Assembly (NCBI RefSeq): GCF_004010195.1
Contig: NC_057718.1
Coordinates: forward strand, 49,992,575 to 50,049,447
Length of the DNA stretch: 56,873 nucleotides
Origin: Chiloscyllium plagiosum
Lineage: Eukaryota
Direction of reading: 5' to 3'
Shown: positions 39,681 through 52,125 of the stretch, one piece after another
How the letters are laid out: the number at the start of each line of letters is the position of its first letter
Position numbering within the stretch: position 1 is the stretch's first letter
The notes under the pieces: generated by a model
What the model saw: only the letters and a program-made list of their open reading frames with translations
Database searches by the model: none
What the model was told of the DNA's origin: nothing
Translations under genes and position numbers: made by a program

Positions 39681-42600
39681 CTAAGGGAAAGTTTGCAATT
39701 GATATCAGTCCGAGAGGATTACTCAATTGACCTGGTTCAGCAGAAGCTGCAGAAATTGTTTACTATGAGAAGTGACACCAGGCTCTTCGTTAATAATGGC
39801 GCTGATTGAAGACTAACTGAAGGAACTGATAACCAAAACTGGAGGCAACCAAGTTGGGGTCTGCATTGAGCTTAGCTACAATGGATCTTGTAAGATGTGA
39901 TACAACTGTGTTATTCATTCTCATGATGGTGGGCATTGTGTACTGGGTCTGGATCAAGAGAGACTGCTGAGTCTGGGCTTTGGTGTGAATATTACACGAG
40001 TAGGCTTGGTATTAATGCTATTCACGAAATAATCTCTCTCCACAATCTGTTGTTTGATCTCCAACTCGCACAGGTTGCCTTTTTGCATATTTGGATATTA
40101 ACCCTTAGCCCCGAATGTAACTGAATCCCTGGAGCAGGGAATGGCTCCTTCGAGAGCTGCAGGTTGTTTGGACCTGAAGACTGCTGGATTAGTAAGCATT
40201 CTGACAATGCACCTTCTTTGGTTTGAGCTTCGTCGAGTCTTGGTATTTGCCCTTTTTATTGCAGGTTAGAGTTGTCAGAGGACTCACAAAGAAAAGCTTG
40301 TGTGGTTAATAATCCTTTAAGAATTCAGAATGCTGCCTAGTAGTTTGAAATAATCAAGGTAATGGAAGATATTTTCTCCTAAAATCTGGCTTTCAATCAA
40401 AAGCTGTTTAAACCCGAATATATACAATCCTGGGTACAATAACAATTTATCTTTATAGAATTAACATAAACCATGTTTTAGAAAAAGAGAGCGATAAACT
40501 GTAGATATTTGACTGCATGAAAGATGTCAACTCATGAACCTTTATAGTGTTTCTGCTTTTGGTTCGGTTTTTGAGCATGGACACTTCTTTTTTTGTTTTG
40601 GTGAAACAAAGTGCTTATTGGTCAATTCTTACACTATTGTCTTAAGGAAAGTAATAACTGAGTTTTAGTGAGTTTTAACAGAATATATATTTTCATTGTC
40701 GCCTCAGTATTCTTAGTTTTATATAAAAAAACATTCTGAACCACAGCACTTGTTATATTCAACTTACAATGACTGTAAAAGTGATATTATATGTCCTAGC
40801 TCTTTGTAAAAAAAAAATTCTGGTATATAAATATAATTTAGCATGCCATTTGATGGTGTATTTAAACATGGTTACAACTTGTCTTTCTAAACTAACTTGC
40901 ATTTATAATCTAATCATAAATTTGAAATATGTTAAGATAGTGTCTTGCAGTTGGAAAGAAAATAGTGTGTTAACACCTATGGGCTAGACATTTATGAGCA
41001 GGGTGGCAGGCAGATGGTTGGGGGAGCAGATAAAATTGGCTGTCATTGCAACAGTACAATGCCTCCATCCACTGCCACTCTGATTTTACCTGCAGCATGC
41101 AAGGTCACTGCTGTATGTCCAGCCTGCTGAATGAAACAGAGTAAAGTGTACTGCCAGAGGATCTATCCACAAGGTAATTCTGCCCTTACTGCAGTTTTCC
41201 CTTGCCCTTATCCTGAAGGTTACAGACTCTCTCACCACTTGCTGAAAGCCTGGGCTTACATCTAATTCCTACCTCCGCGGCATTTCCTCATCGGATTGCT
41301 CGCAGTCTCTTTGCTGGTAGCACAGCTGGGCCATGAATCTACCTTCCCTCTTGTTGTCCAGAATCTCTCCTCCTGGAAGAGAGCAAAACACCTACCCTGA
41401 ACAAGTTAAAGATCTGGTGGCTATTAATTAAGATGGGTTTACCATTAACTTTTGCGTCAGAAACATGGACATACACAGAGCATAGAATTCAGCCTATGGT
41501 GTACAGTGAAAACTTTCCAAAACTTAACTATGTAAAATTTGTTGAAGTGATGGGACTTACATGAGACCAAAGGTTGGATTCTATGAATCTTCTCAACTTG
41601 AAGAGCCATTTTTCCCAGGAGAGCGTGTATAGTATGCTGGGGGACACTGCCCATTCTAACCACAAGTGAACTGGTCCGTATAATATGGGGATAGTTAAGA
41701 TGCCAACTAACCCACCCACTTTTAAGGTCATTGAAGTCCTCAGGTATCCAACTAATGCCTGCTTAGGCCATCATCCCACCTCCAAACCAGAGAAGTTATT
41801 AAACACCTCTGGGGCAAGTGGGGCTTGAGCTCAGATCTCCTGGCTCAGAGGTAGAGCCACTGGCACTACACTACAAGGGCCCATAACTTGCTGAACAATG
41901 CAAGGAATGTGAGAGTGAGAAGGCCTCTTTTTAATAAAATAATTGAAAATTCTCTAAGGAAGCAAGGCATGTCTTTTGAGGGGTGCGTTGAAGAGACCCT
42001 CATCCTTCCAAGATCTTATACCCCATTGCCTGCCAGGCCTTTCAAACCCACTGCTCCACCTTACCACCACCATCACTACGCTCCCTAATCCGGTCCCAGC
42101 TAAATGTCCTTTACATCTTGTGTCCTCCTTGCTGTTCCAGCAGCTCTCGTTTTTGTTTGGAGTGCCTGGGCTGCTGGTCAGTTTGGATGGACACTGTTGA
42201 AGATGAGGCTTCCACTCACTGAGGAGTGATAATCCAATCCTTACCTTATTAAAGCCATCCAGAGTGGTTAAAGGCTGCAGCAGAACCTTTTCTGAAATTA
42301 CCAGAAGGTGCTGAGTAGCAGAAAGCCTAGGTTCAAGTCCCATCTGTTCCAGAGGTGTGTCAACACTTGTCTGAACAGGTGAATTGAAAATACCTACACC
42401 ATCCACAAAATTAAATCCAACAAATCAGTGAAAGACATCACAACTTGTCTGAACAATGAGGCAGCCGCACAGCTCTGTTTCTAGTTGGTATCAAATGAGG
42501 GACAACATGTGAAATGTGATAACCGCTACAATATAGAAACACAAAAAAAATGATCCGAGGATTTATAATTACCTCAGCTGAAAACAAAACCAGTAAAGAA

Positions 42601-43253
42601 AAAGGCATGTATTCCTGGTAAACACAAACATTATAATGAAAGAAGAACATCATATTCCCATAGCTTCTCATCATTCACCATTATTTTTACACCCACTTGA
42701 ATTCAAAAATTGGTTGTCTGGTGGCTGTTGACTTAATAATCTATTTTTAACCTATTGTCAACAAAACTAAGCGTAAATGAGGCATGAGATGGAAACACAC
42801 ATCAGTTGTACTTACAAAAGAATTGTTTGTCTAATTGTTATTATCAGAGTCTGCTGTGAAATTGTTACAGCAGATGAACTTTTAGTACCATCTCACAATA
42901 GCTGGAGGTAATTCATTTTATTGCTTTGACAATGGTCTATCTGAAGCAGTTCTTCAACTTTACACCAGTGGCAAAGTCTGTGCCCTTTCACATCCTTGAG
43001 TTCAATGAGTTTGCCAGTTAACAAATGAAAGAGCTTGCCTTCATTTAAAATCTTATTGTGACTTGTAAAGATGTCCCAATCACGTCATTCATAAAGAATT
43101 AATTTGAATTTCAGCCATTTGCACTTTGTGGCTGAATGTAGCGATCAGGTTTTGTTTAACACACCAAGGTCCAACAAGCATTAATGGGATAGGTGATCAG
43201 TTAATCTGTTGTTGATGCTGTCAGCCTGAAAGGATTGTTAGTTAAATAGAGTC

Positions 43254-43470
43254 GAGAGTGTGGTGCTGAAAAAGCACAGCCAGTCAGGCAGCATCCGAGG
43301 AACAGGAGAATCGACGTTTCAGGCATAAGCCCTTCACAGATTGAAGGTGAGCCTCATCCTGGATGAAAGGCTTATGCCCGAAACATTGATCCTCCTGCTC
43401 CTTGGATGCTGCCTGACCTGCTGTGCTTTTCCAGCACCACACTTTCGACTGCAGTCCTCATTTTCTCCCT
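43254..43470. mobile_element. Diverged fold-back PLE terminal insertion (subfamily A)
   Basis: Inverted arms around a short spacer near 43340-43360, degenerate hammerhead motifs; TSD gttaaatagagtc at 43241-43253 and 43475-43487. Confidence 0.85.
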
Positions 43471-43721
43471 GTTGGTTAAATAGAGTCTGGAGAAAAGGAA
43501 AGCACAGATTGACTCAACTGTTTTTGAAATTATAGTTGTGGCAATATATGGTTGATTATAGTCATCAAGGTTTAGAAACAAGGAAAATAGGATCAGGAGT
43601 AGGGAACTCAGAAATTTCTTCCCCAGCTTCTCACAAAGCTCTGGGAAACACCTGACCATGTCCCAGAGATTTATCTATCTTTATGCATTTTAACACTGAA
43701 ATTTATTTATAACACTAACTA

Positions 43722-43750
43722 GGAGAAAGTGAGGACTGCAGATGCTGGAG
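43722..43750 (-). mobile_element. 29-bp PLE 3'-terminal micro-insertion
   Basis: ggagaaagtgaggactgcagatgctggag between 15-bp direct repeats ttataacactaacta (43707-43721, 43751-43765). Confidence 0.85.
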
Positions 43751-43989
43751 TTATAACACTAACTATCTACAAGGTTACAATATCACAGACATACTCACAT
43801 TGTCAGGGTTCTGTGCTTTCTGATCTTACAGTAGATTATACACATAACTGACTAACCACACTGATGCTCTCACAGAGAAAGTTTAACCAAAGGTGAAGTT
43901 GGGTACCTTTATACTGGAACATGACATTTATGATGTCATCTGTCTTAAAGGTACACTCTCTATGTTACTGGAATCTGTGCCATAAAACC

Positions 43990-45660
43990 ATAATCTCCAA
44001 ATCTTAGTGTGAGGTATTCAATGGGTTCCAGATGCAGATGCCCATCGGTTTTAACATTTCAGACAATCGCAGCATGCTCAGTGCATCAGGATTTTCAAAA
44101 AGTCCAAAGTGCATCTTTCAGGGTCCACCAGATCTATGACTATCTGGAGATGGGAAGGTCTGTGTCATTGATATTTCATTTAGGTCTGTTATATGACTGT
44201 TACCTCAATTTTTTTTTCTCAAAATGCTCTTCTTCCTACCATCCTTTCATCTGGAAATTTAAAATATGATGAAACTTGCTCCCCCACCCACAAGATAGCG
44301 GCGGTAAAGTTGATGTAAATTTTCTTTTGGTAAACATGCTAAAAATGAAATTAATTAAGATATCAATGATAAAGTTCGTAATTTCCATAATCATAACTCC
44401 CCTTTTATCTGTTTCGTTCCTACTATTCCGAGCAATGTCCAGAAGCTGATGCTTGATGTTTATTAAAACAACTCTTCTTAGAAGAGAACTTGGGCTTTCT
44501 CTCAAAAGTTCCTTGTTTGATGTTTTGCTGAGTGGCACATGATGGGTTTTAGCTCTTGTGCTGTTTAGTTGTATGTAGGTCAATAGAACATATTTTAATT
44601 CCTTTTGGTTGGTGGATGAAACCCACTGAAACAGTAAAAGTTCAGTGCTTGTAGCACTCAAAACAATGATTTTTTTTTCTTTTTGTGTTTGTTCCCCAAA
44701 ATCTTTCATCTATACAAACACCATTTAGGATAACCATGCCAACCACTCAAGATTCATCAGCATTGAACAAGGCTTCTTCACCTGCACAGTTTCTCATGAA
44801 TTTGGACAGAACTGTTGTCAAAACATTCTTTGCTAAAGTGATACATCCAGGCACCCTCTTGCCATGAGGCTTTTAGTCATGAAAGTTGTTTTGTTTCCAA
44901 GATTGTGATTAAGCTTGTTTTACCCTCTGAGAAGGAAGCCAAGTGCCATCTTCATTTGAAGTGTCCTCCAGAACAAAATGTTGCTGCTGCATCTATTGAA
45001 TTTAGAATAGTGCAGTCCTGCTTTTGCTTTCTCAATTCTTATTCAGTTTATTTTCTTTTGTGATCAGAATCTCACTTGAACATAATGGCTGTCTAGTTTT
45101 GGAGGAGTTAAAAATGAAATGTCAAAGTGCTTCACCGTTTCTCTATTCTTTTTAAACCAACTCCTCTCTTTAATCATAGGGGAGATGTTCAATTTTCACA
45201 CCAGGTCATAATTTCAGTTTCAACCTGCAATTATTCTCATGCAGTTGCAAGCAGAATTATGTGTCATGTATATTTATTTTCTTGGAATTGACAGACTAGT
45301 CAGTAGTTTCAGATTTTTACTGGGTTTTGGAAGCATAAAGATTTAGTGCCAAATTAAGTGCCAATTATAACTGTCAGAATGATTTTAATGCAATGCAGGA
45401 TCATTCACAATGCCTATCAGACTAGTCATCAGCCTATGAATCCTTTTACTTCTTCTGCTGTTCTCCATGGGAAGAATTTGATTATATAAACGCCTAACAA
45501 TGACAGATGCCAGCTCAGTATGCTGTTGAGGAATTTGCTGATAAAAGCATGGCTGTTTTGAGTGCACAATACAGCAATGCGTTCAACACACGGACTGTAT
45601 TGAAGTGAAACTGAAGATATCTGCTTTCAAGGAATGTGCGTCATGTTAAGATCACATGAT
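43990..45660 (-). pseudogene. Degenerate coding-like island
   Basis: ORFs 44236-44709 and 45385-45567 plus read-through (TELASVIVRRLYNQIL, ITLAKNVLTTVLSKF, ITNFIIDILINFIFS) show repeated amphipathic helices; many stops. Confidence 0.4.
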
Positions 45661-46299
45661 TCCAGCAGATTAACACAGACATTTGTGCGTGGTTGGATTT
45701 GGGTATAGGAAGGGTTTGGAGGGATATGGGCTGGATGCGAGCAGGTGGGACTTGATTAGGTTGGGATATCTGGTCGGCATGGACGGGTTGGACCAAAGGG
45801 TCTGTTTCCATCTGTACATCGCTATGACTCTATGACATCCCCTCCTTTTGATCCAAAAAATGGTAGCAATAATGGCAGCCATTATCATGTACATTTTTAG
45901 TTATCCCTAGTTAATAACTAAAACACAGGATTCTCATGGTTTAGCATTTCATTATTTCCATTATTTTTTGTTATTTTAGATTTTATTGTCACATGTACTC
46001 AAGTACAGGGATACAGGAGTATAGTGAAATGTGTACAGTGTTGTCATTCTTGGTAACATCTTAGGTACAAAGAATGTTTTGACAACAGTTCTGTCCAAAT
46101 TCATGAGAAACTGTGCAGGTGAAGAAGCCTTGTTCAATGCTGATGAATCTTGAGTCATTGGCATGGTTATCCTAAAAGGTGTTTATATAGATGAAAGATT
46201 TTGGGGAGCAAACACAAAAGGAAAAAAAAAATCATTGTTTTGAGTGCTACAACCAATTAACTTTTACTGTTTCAGTGGGTTTCATCCACAAACCAAAGG
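44601..46299. repeat. Inverted duplication of about 230 bp (arms 44601-44832 and 46068-46299)
   Basis: ORF track shows the same peptide TQDSSALNKASSPAQFLMNLDRTVVKTFF on opposite strands; direct nucleotide alignment. Confidence 0.95.
45690..45836 (+). mobile_element. CR1 LINE 3' tail
   Basis: gaagggtttggagggatatggg...ctatgactctatgac, as at 7545-7674. Confidence 0.85.
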
Positions 46300-46710
46300 T
46301 ACCTAAGTACTGCTTACTTTAAAGTAGAAAAACAAAGAAATAAAGTTAAAAGTTCAACATTGTAGTCCTTCTCAAGAGCTTAGTCATGCTGAGCTCACAC
46401 TGCCCACAAGGGTTCCGTCTCCTCCATGCCTGGCTTCATCTCCTCGGTGCCAGGCTTGATCTCCTCTGTACCAGGGTCGATCTCCTCATGCTTGATGCTG
46501 CTGCAGTTGGCAGGGGACCCCTATAGCTGTCATGCTGGGCTCACTCTCTTGACCTCACTGTTCCCAATACTGGCTCACTCAACCTCACATTGGGCTAGCT
46601 CTCTCACTCTTCCCCTGCTCTCTCACTGTCCCCACACTGGGTTGATCTCTCCACAGAAGGTAAGTCGATTAAAGTACGAAAAAAAGCTGTTTTTCCATTC
46701 CCTCCATCAC
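45975..46710 (-). mobile_element. Retroposon with Rex1/Babar-like 3' tail, interrupted by the inverted copy at 46068-46299
   Basis: ttttattgtcacatgtac antisense tail; degenerate atctcctc repeats at 46425-46490. Confidence 0.5.
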
Positions 46711-47099
46711 CATTTCAGTGATACAGGTGATAGGCAGCTGCTTCCTTCATCTGGTTTTTCTACATATCACCTATTTCACCATCAGTCTCAGCATTTGCAT
46801 TGCACAGATTGTCCTTAAATCATGCCGGTCACGTAGCAGTATGTCTGTATTTTCTTGCTATTGACTATTCATTTGTGTGTTGTTTATCACCAGGGAATGT
46901 TGTTTCTGTATCATTTGTTGTTGCTATGATAGCCATTATTATCTTATTTCTGCTGTTGATTTGCTGTGAGCCTCTGGGTCTGATGATTGCTGTATGATCT
47001 GTGTAGGTGGTGCACTCTTTCCTTCCTGATGAGTCAACTACAGTTGAGGAAAGGTCTCTATAGTTGGCTACATGTGTCTGTCATTGAGATAATATTTCT

Positions 47100-47490
47100 A
47101 TACGTCTTCCATCAGGCAAATGATGCAGAAGCCTGAACACACATACCTGAAAATGTGTTGCTGGAAAAGCGCAGCAGGTCAGGCAGCATCCAAGGAACAG
47201 GAGAATCGACGTTTCGGGCATAAACCCTTCTTCAGGAATCACACATACCAGCAGGTTCCGGAACAGCTTCTTCCCAGCCGTTATTAGATTATGAATGGGC
47301 TCACAAGTCTCAAACAATGCTGATCTTGCTAATGTTGCTCTCGCCTAGCAGACGCCCTCTAACCTGTATGCCTCTGTCTAAGTATTTTTACAGCTTCTGA
47401 TCTGTACATCCTTGTTCCCCCACACAGCTCTTAAACAATACTTTTCACTGTACTTCGGTACTCGTGACAATCAATCAATCAATAAATATC
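47100..47490 (+). mobile_element. Rex1/Babar-like LINE 3' end
   Basis: LPSGK*CRSLNTHT | SRFRNSFFPAVIRL C-terminal motif split by a PLE insertion; tail cttttcactgtac..gtgacaatcaatcaatcaa. Confidence 0.75.
47148..47239 (-). mobile_element. Short PLE terminal insertion (subfamily A) with hammerhead motif
   Basis: Minus attcctgaagaagggtttatgcccgaaacgtc; 10-bp TSD cacacatacc at 47138-47147 and 47240-47249. Confidence 0.9.
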
Positions 47491-47783
47491 ATTCAATTCC
47501 ACCATTTTCGATCAAAGTGGCAACTGTTTCATACAGGTCCTAAGGTGCCACTTGAGCTAGATTTTGCTGACATTGCTGAATGTTTGTACCCCAACTGGGT
47601 CTTCAGGACTCAGCTCTGGCAATGGTTTAGCAGATAGCTTTGCAGTTTGCCTTGTATATATCTGTGTGGTAGTAGCTATTTAGTGATTTTCTCAGCTTTT
47701 CCATTTGACTGGGAACATTGTGGAGATGATGTGATGTGAGATAGTCATAGAGGTTTACAGCAGCAGGCCCTTCAGCCCACCTT

Positions 47784-49172
47784 GGAGAAAGTGAGGACTG
47801 CAAATGCTGGAGAGTCAGAGTCGAAAAGTATGGCACTGGAAAAGCACAGCAGGTCAGGCAGTGATGTTATTGGGTGTGTGTGTCCCAGAGATGTTCTCGG
47901 AAAAGTACCGCGAGTTGGCATCTTGTTTCCCCAATGTAGAAGAGACTTCATCGAGAGCAACGGGCACAGTAGATGAGGTGTGCTGATGTACAGGAAAATC
48001 TCTGCCAGATGTGAAAAGATCCTTTGAAGCTTTGGATGGAGGTGAAGGGGGAGGTGTGTGCTCAGGTTTTACACCTCTTGTGTTGTCAAGGGAAGTTGCC
48101 GGGAGTGGAGGGTGGGTTGAATGGGGGTGTGGACTTAATGAGAGATGTAGATAGGAGTGCGAAATGTATCTCTGATGGTGGGGTCTAATTGCAGGTGATG
48201 GAAATAGTGGAGGATAATGCGTAATATCCAGAGATTAGTGGGATGGAAGCTGAGGACCAGGAGGATTCCATCCTTGTTACATTTGAAGGGGTGGACTTCA
48301 AGGGTGGAGGTGCAGGAAGTGGAGGAGATGCACTGAAGGACATTGTTGATCATGTGGGAGGAGAGATTGTGGTCCTTGAAATAGGGGGCCATCTGAGATG
48401 TTCCGGAGTGGAATTGCTCCTCGTGGGAACAGATACGGTGGAGGCGGAGAAATTGGGAGTAAGGGATCGTGTTTTTATGAGAGGGGGTGGGAGGAGGTGT
48501 AGACAGGCAGTTATGGAAGTCGGTGGGTATCTAATAGATGTCCATGTTGAGTCAGATGCCGGAGAGGTCCAGGAAGGGGAGGTGGCATCTGAGATGGCCC
48601 AGGTGAACTTAAGGTTAGGATGGAAGGTGTTAGTGAAGTTGCTGAACTGTTCCACTTCCTGGACACCTCCCTCCCCTTCCTGGACCTCTCCGTCACCAGC
48701 TCCACTGACCGACTTAACATGGACATCTATTTCAAACCCATTCACTCCCACAGCTACATCCTCCTAACTCCTCCCAATCCACACCCCCATTCCCCATAAA
48801 AACGCGATTCTTTACTCCCAATTCCTCCGTCTTTGCCGTATCTGCTCCCAAGAGGAGCTATTCCACTTAAGGACATCCCAGATAACCTCCTGTTTCAAGG
48901 AACGCAATTTTCCCTCCTGTGTGATCAACCATGCCCTCGAACGCATCTCCTCCACTTCCTGCACCTCCGCCCTTGAACCCCACCTGTCCAATTGCAACAG
49001 GGATAGAAGCCCCCAGTCTTCATTTTCCATCCCACTAATCTCTGGTACAGAGAGTATCTTCTGCCATTTCTGCCACTTACAATCAGAGCCCAGCACCAGG
49101 GATATATTTCCCTTCCCACCCCTATCTGGTTCCAGAGAGAGACCATTCCCTCCGTGACTCTTTCATTAGGTC
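47784..49172. mobile_element. Rearranged Penelope-like element: GIY-YIG endonuclease and RT C-terminal region on minus (47863-48660), inverted RT C-terminal region on plus (48661-49172)
   Basis: Minus translation FSCTSAHLIYCARCSR*SLFYIGETR...FREH (GIY-YIG with Cys motif); EQFSNFTNTFHPNLKFTW; IPYSQFLRL.RICS-like on plus. Confidence 0.9.
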
Positions 49173-49174
49173 TA

Positions 49175-50057
49175 AGCATGTGGGTGTGTGTGTGTGTGCA
49201 CGGGGTGGGTATGAGTGTCTGTGAGAGAGTGTGTGTATATGTATGTGTGTGAGTATGAGTCTAATCGGGTTTTAGTCTGTGAGTGGGTACGTGTGTGAAT
49301 GTGGAAGTGTGTATGTAAGTGTATGAGAGAAAGCTTGTGTATGAGAGAGGATCTGTATGAGTGTATGGGTCTGTAGGAGTGTGTGTGTTTGTGTGTGTTT
49401 GTGTGTGTGTGTATGTCATGCAGTGGAATCACCTGTAGTGTGACATGAACCGAAGATCCAGTTGAGGCCATCCCCATGGGTACTGAACTTAGCTATCAGC
49501 CTCTGCTTGGCCACTTTGCATTGTTGCCTGTCCCTCACACACACACCCTCATGCACACATACACATATATTTTTATAGGGTGAATTTGTACTTGCAGAAT
49601 TACATTTTATTTTGCTCAAAAACTGCATGAATCCATGTACGATTCTGTAAATCCCTTTTTTAGATTAGAATCAGTCTGAACATTGTGGCACAGACAGTCT
49701 CACGCAGGGCAGCTCACAACATAAATGTATTATCTGGGCCGACATGGCTCCTATTGTTAAAGTTCACTTGATTATGTAACTTTAGAAAGTTCTGGGATTT
49801 ACATGTGAAAGAACTGAAACCAACATGCCCATTCTAAAGGATGAGAGACTTAACAAACAATCCAGGTCTTTTTCAATATATAATTTCAATTACATCACAC
49901 TGTAAACCTTTGCTATAAATTCTGTGTCTTGTGATCTTATACTCCACAACTATCTGATGAAGGAGCAGTGTTCCAAAACCTATTGGAGTATAACCTGGTG
50001 TTGTATGATTTTTAACTTTGTACACCCCAGTCCAACACCAGCATCTCCAAATCATCA
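49175..50057. mobile_element. Penelope-like 3' region (subfamily C) with (TG)n/(CA)n tracts and a degenerate hammerhead motif
   Basis: Imperfect TG microsatellite at 49178-49415; ctgatgaaggagcagtgttccaaaa at 49954; tail accccagtccaacaccagcatctcc shared with 13950-13985. Confidence 0.75.
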
Positions 50058-50317
50058 ATTCCATAAGTTAAGGAATGCCTTATCATGAAAGATGATGATT
50101 TAATGGTGGGAGAATTCATAATCTTGGCAGTCCAGATTGAATCTGCCATGTTTGATTTGACAACGTCACACAGAATGTACCCGCCGAATCCTCTCTGCAG
50201 ATCCAGCTTGTCCAACTATCTCAAATGCAAGAGTTACCAGAACTGAAAATTTAGCAATCTCATCAACAATTGCCCCAGTATGGTCAGCTTGCTCAAAAAT
50301 TGCTGAAATTATGGACA

Positions 50318-50830
50318 TTTTTGATTTGATTTGATTTCTTATTGTCATATGTATCAAGGTACAATGAATAGTATTGTATTGTATGCTGACCAGACAAAAT
50401 ACAGAAGTATATCAGGATAATAGAACAGAACATAAAGCATGGTATTACAGCTGAAGAGAAGGTGCAGAGAAAGATCATCTCTAATATTTGAGAGGTCTCT
50501 CAAAGTCTACCAACAGCATGGAAGAAGTTCTTGAATTTGTTAGTATCTGTTTTCAAATGTTCGTAATTTCTGTCCAGTAAAAGAGGGTGGAAGAGAGTAT
50601 AGCTGGGGTGGGAGGGGCCTTTAATTATGTTGGCTGCTTTCCCGAGGCAGCAAGAAGGATAGACACAGCCAATGGAAGGAAGGTTGGTTTGCATGATGGA
50701 CTGAGCTGTATTCACAACTCTCTGTAATGTTTTGTAGTCTTGGGCAGAGCAGTTGCCATACCAAGTTATGATGCATCCAGATAGGATGTTTTCTATGGTG
50801 CATCTATAAAAATTGGTAAGAGTTATTTTG
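50318..50830 (-). mobile_element. Rex1/Babar-like LINE 3' fragment
   Basis: ORF 50500-50715 AQSIMQTNLPSI...KAANIIKGPSHP..LF; antisense tail tttgatttgattt..ttattgtcatatgta. Confidence 0.8.
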
Positions 50831-51793
50831 GATAGTGCCCATCAATTTACATTACCAGGTCCATCTCAAGAAATAGGGTAATTTATGCTCATATTTGAAT
50901 TACATTGCAGAGCTTTGTAGGTCATGGAGTTATCTTGAGTGTGCTATTAGTTACATGTACAACCAATTTTTAATAATCAGTCAGGCTCATTACATGTTTT
51001 TTTTAAGCTGGCTGGAAGTAACATGCATACATTGTGCAGGGCTCTGCTTTTGCTACCAAGATGATTTGTTAAAGTCATATATCTTTTCTGAATAGGCATG
51101 AACAAACATTTTAAAACTATAAAATAAACCAACTGTTCGCACACAGAACTTGGTGGGAGTCATTTATGGACAACTCAAAGGCACAAAACATAATAGGCAG
51201 GAGGTGCAAATCAGCAATATTTTTTATTGTCGTATTTGTCTCAATGCCTTGAGATTTCAGCTGGTCTGGAATCAAGGTTGACGGCTTCCTCCCAAGTCTG
51301 TCATATTGTGCCAGTACGTCTTGTCACTCTATTTTGCTGATGGGACAGGATATTCCTGGAGTCAGTGATAAAGGAATGGAATGTTGGCTGGAACATACAA
51401 GTCAGACATCAGACTATTGCTTAGCTAGTCTGTGGTCAGATGTTAGTTATTAAAACAGCTGTTCTTTTTAGTATAGATGGATGACATGGAATTGTTTTAT
51501 CAAAGCCATAGCTTCAATGTTTGCAAATAATATAATGCTTGAAAATGCAACAAATTGCTCTTTTGATTTTGGCCATAGATGTTAATGAGAAGAATTGATG
51601 AAGCTAGATGTAATTGTGTCTGAATTTAATGCCAAGGTGACTGCTGGGTGGTCCATCTACATTTATTCTGGCAACATTTTGTTGTCATAGTTAATGCAAC
51701 TGAAAGGCTTGCTAGCCATTTCAGAGAGTAGTTAAGAGTCAAACTCACTGGTGTAGATCTGATGCTACATTTAGGCATGCCTAGGTAAAAAAA

Positions 51794-52125
51794 ATCATAG
51801 AATCCCTGCAGTGAGAAAGCAGACCATTTGGCCCATCAAGTGACACCGAGCCTCCAAAGATATATCCACCCAGACCCACTCTCCTTCCTTGCATTTGCCA
51901 TGGCTAATCTACCTAAGCGTGCACATCTCCAGATACCATGGGTAATTTAGCATGGCCAATCCACCTAATCTGCACATATTTGGACTGTGAGAGGAAACTG
52001 GAGTACCTGAAGAAAACCTACACAGACACAGGGAGAATGTGCAAACTCCACACGGTTGCCCAAGTGTGGAATCAAACCAGGGTCCCTGGTGCTGTGAGGC
52101 AGCAGTGCTAATCACTGAGCCACCA
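51794..52125 (-). mobile_element. HE1-like SINE
   Basis: Minus ggtggctcagtgattagc head, B box tggtttgattcc, conserved core and CR1-like tail. Confidence 0.9.

Noticed and set aside
44236..44709. RNA-virus polymerase premotif resemblance (KRGVMIMEI...GSKF)
   Set aside because: No RdRp motif A, B or C found downstream in any frame I translated; resemblance too weak
49172..49477. His/Thr-rich ORF
   Set aside because: Translation of a (CA)n microsatellite tract
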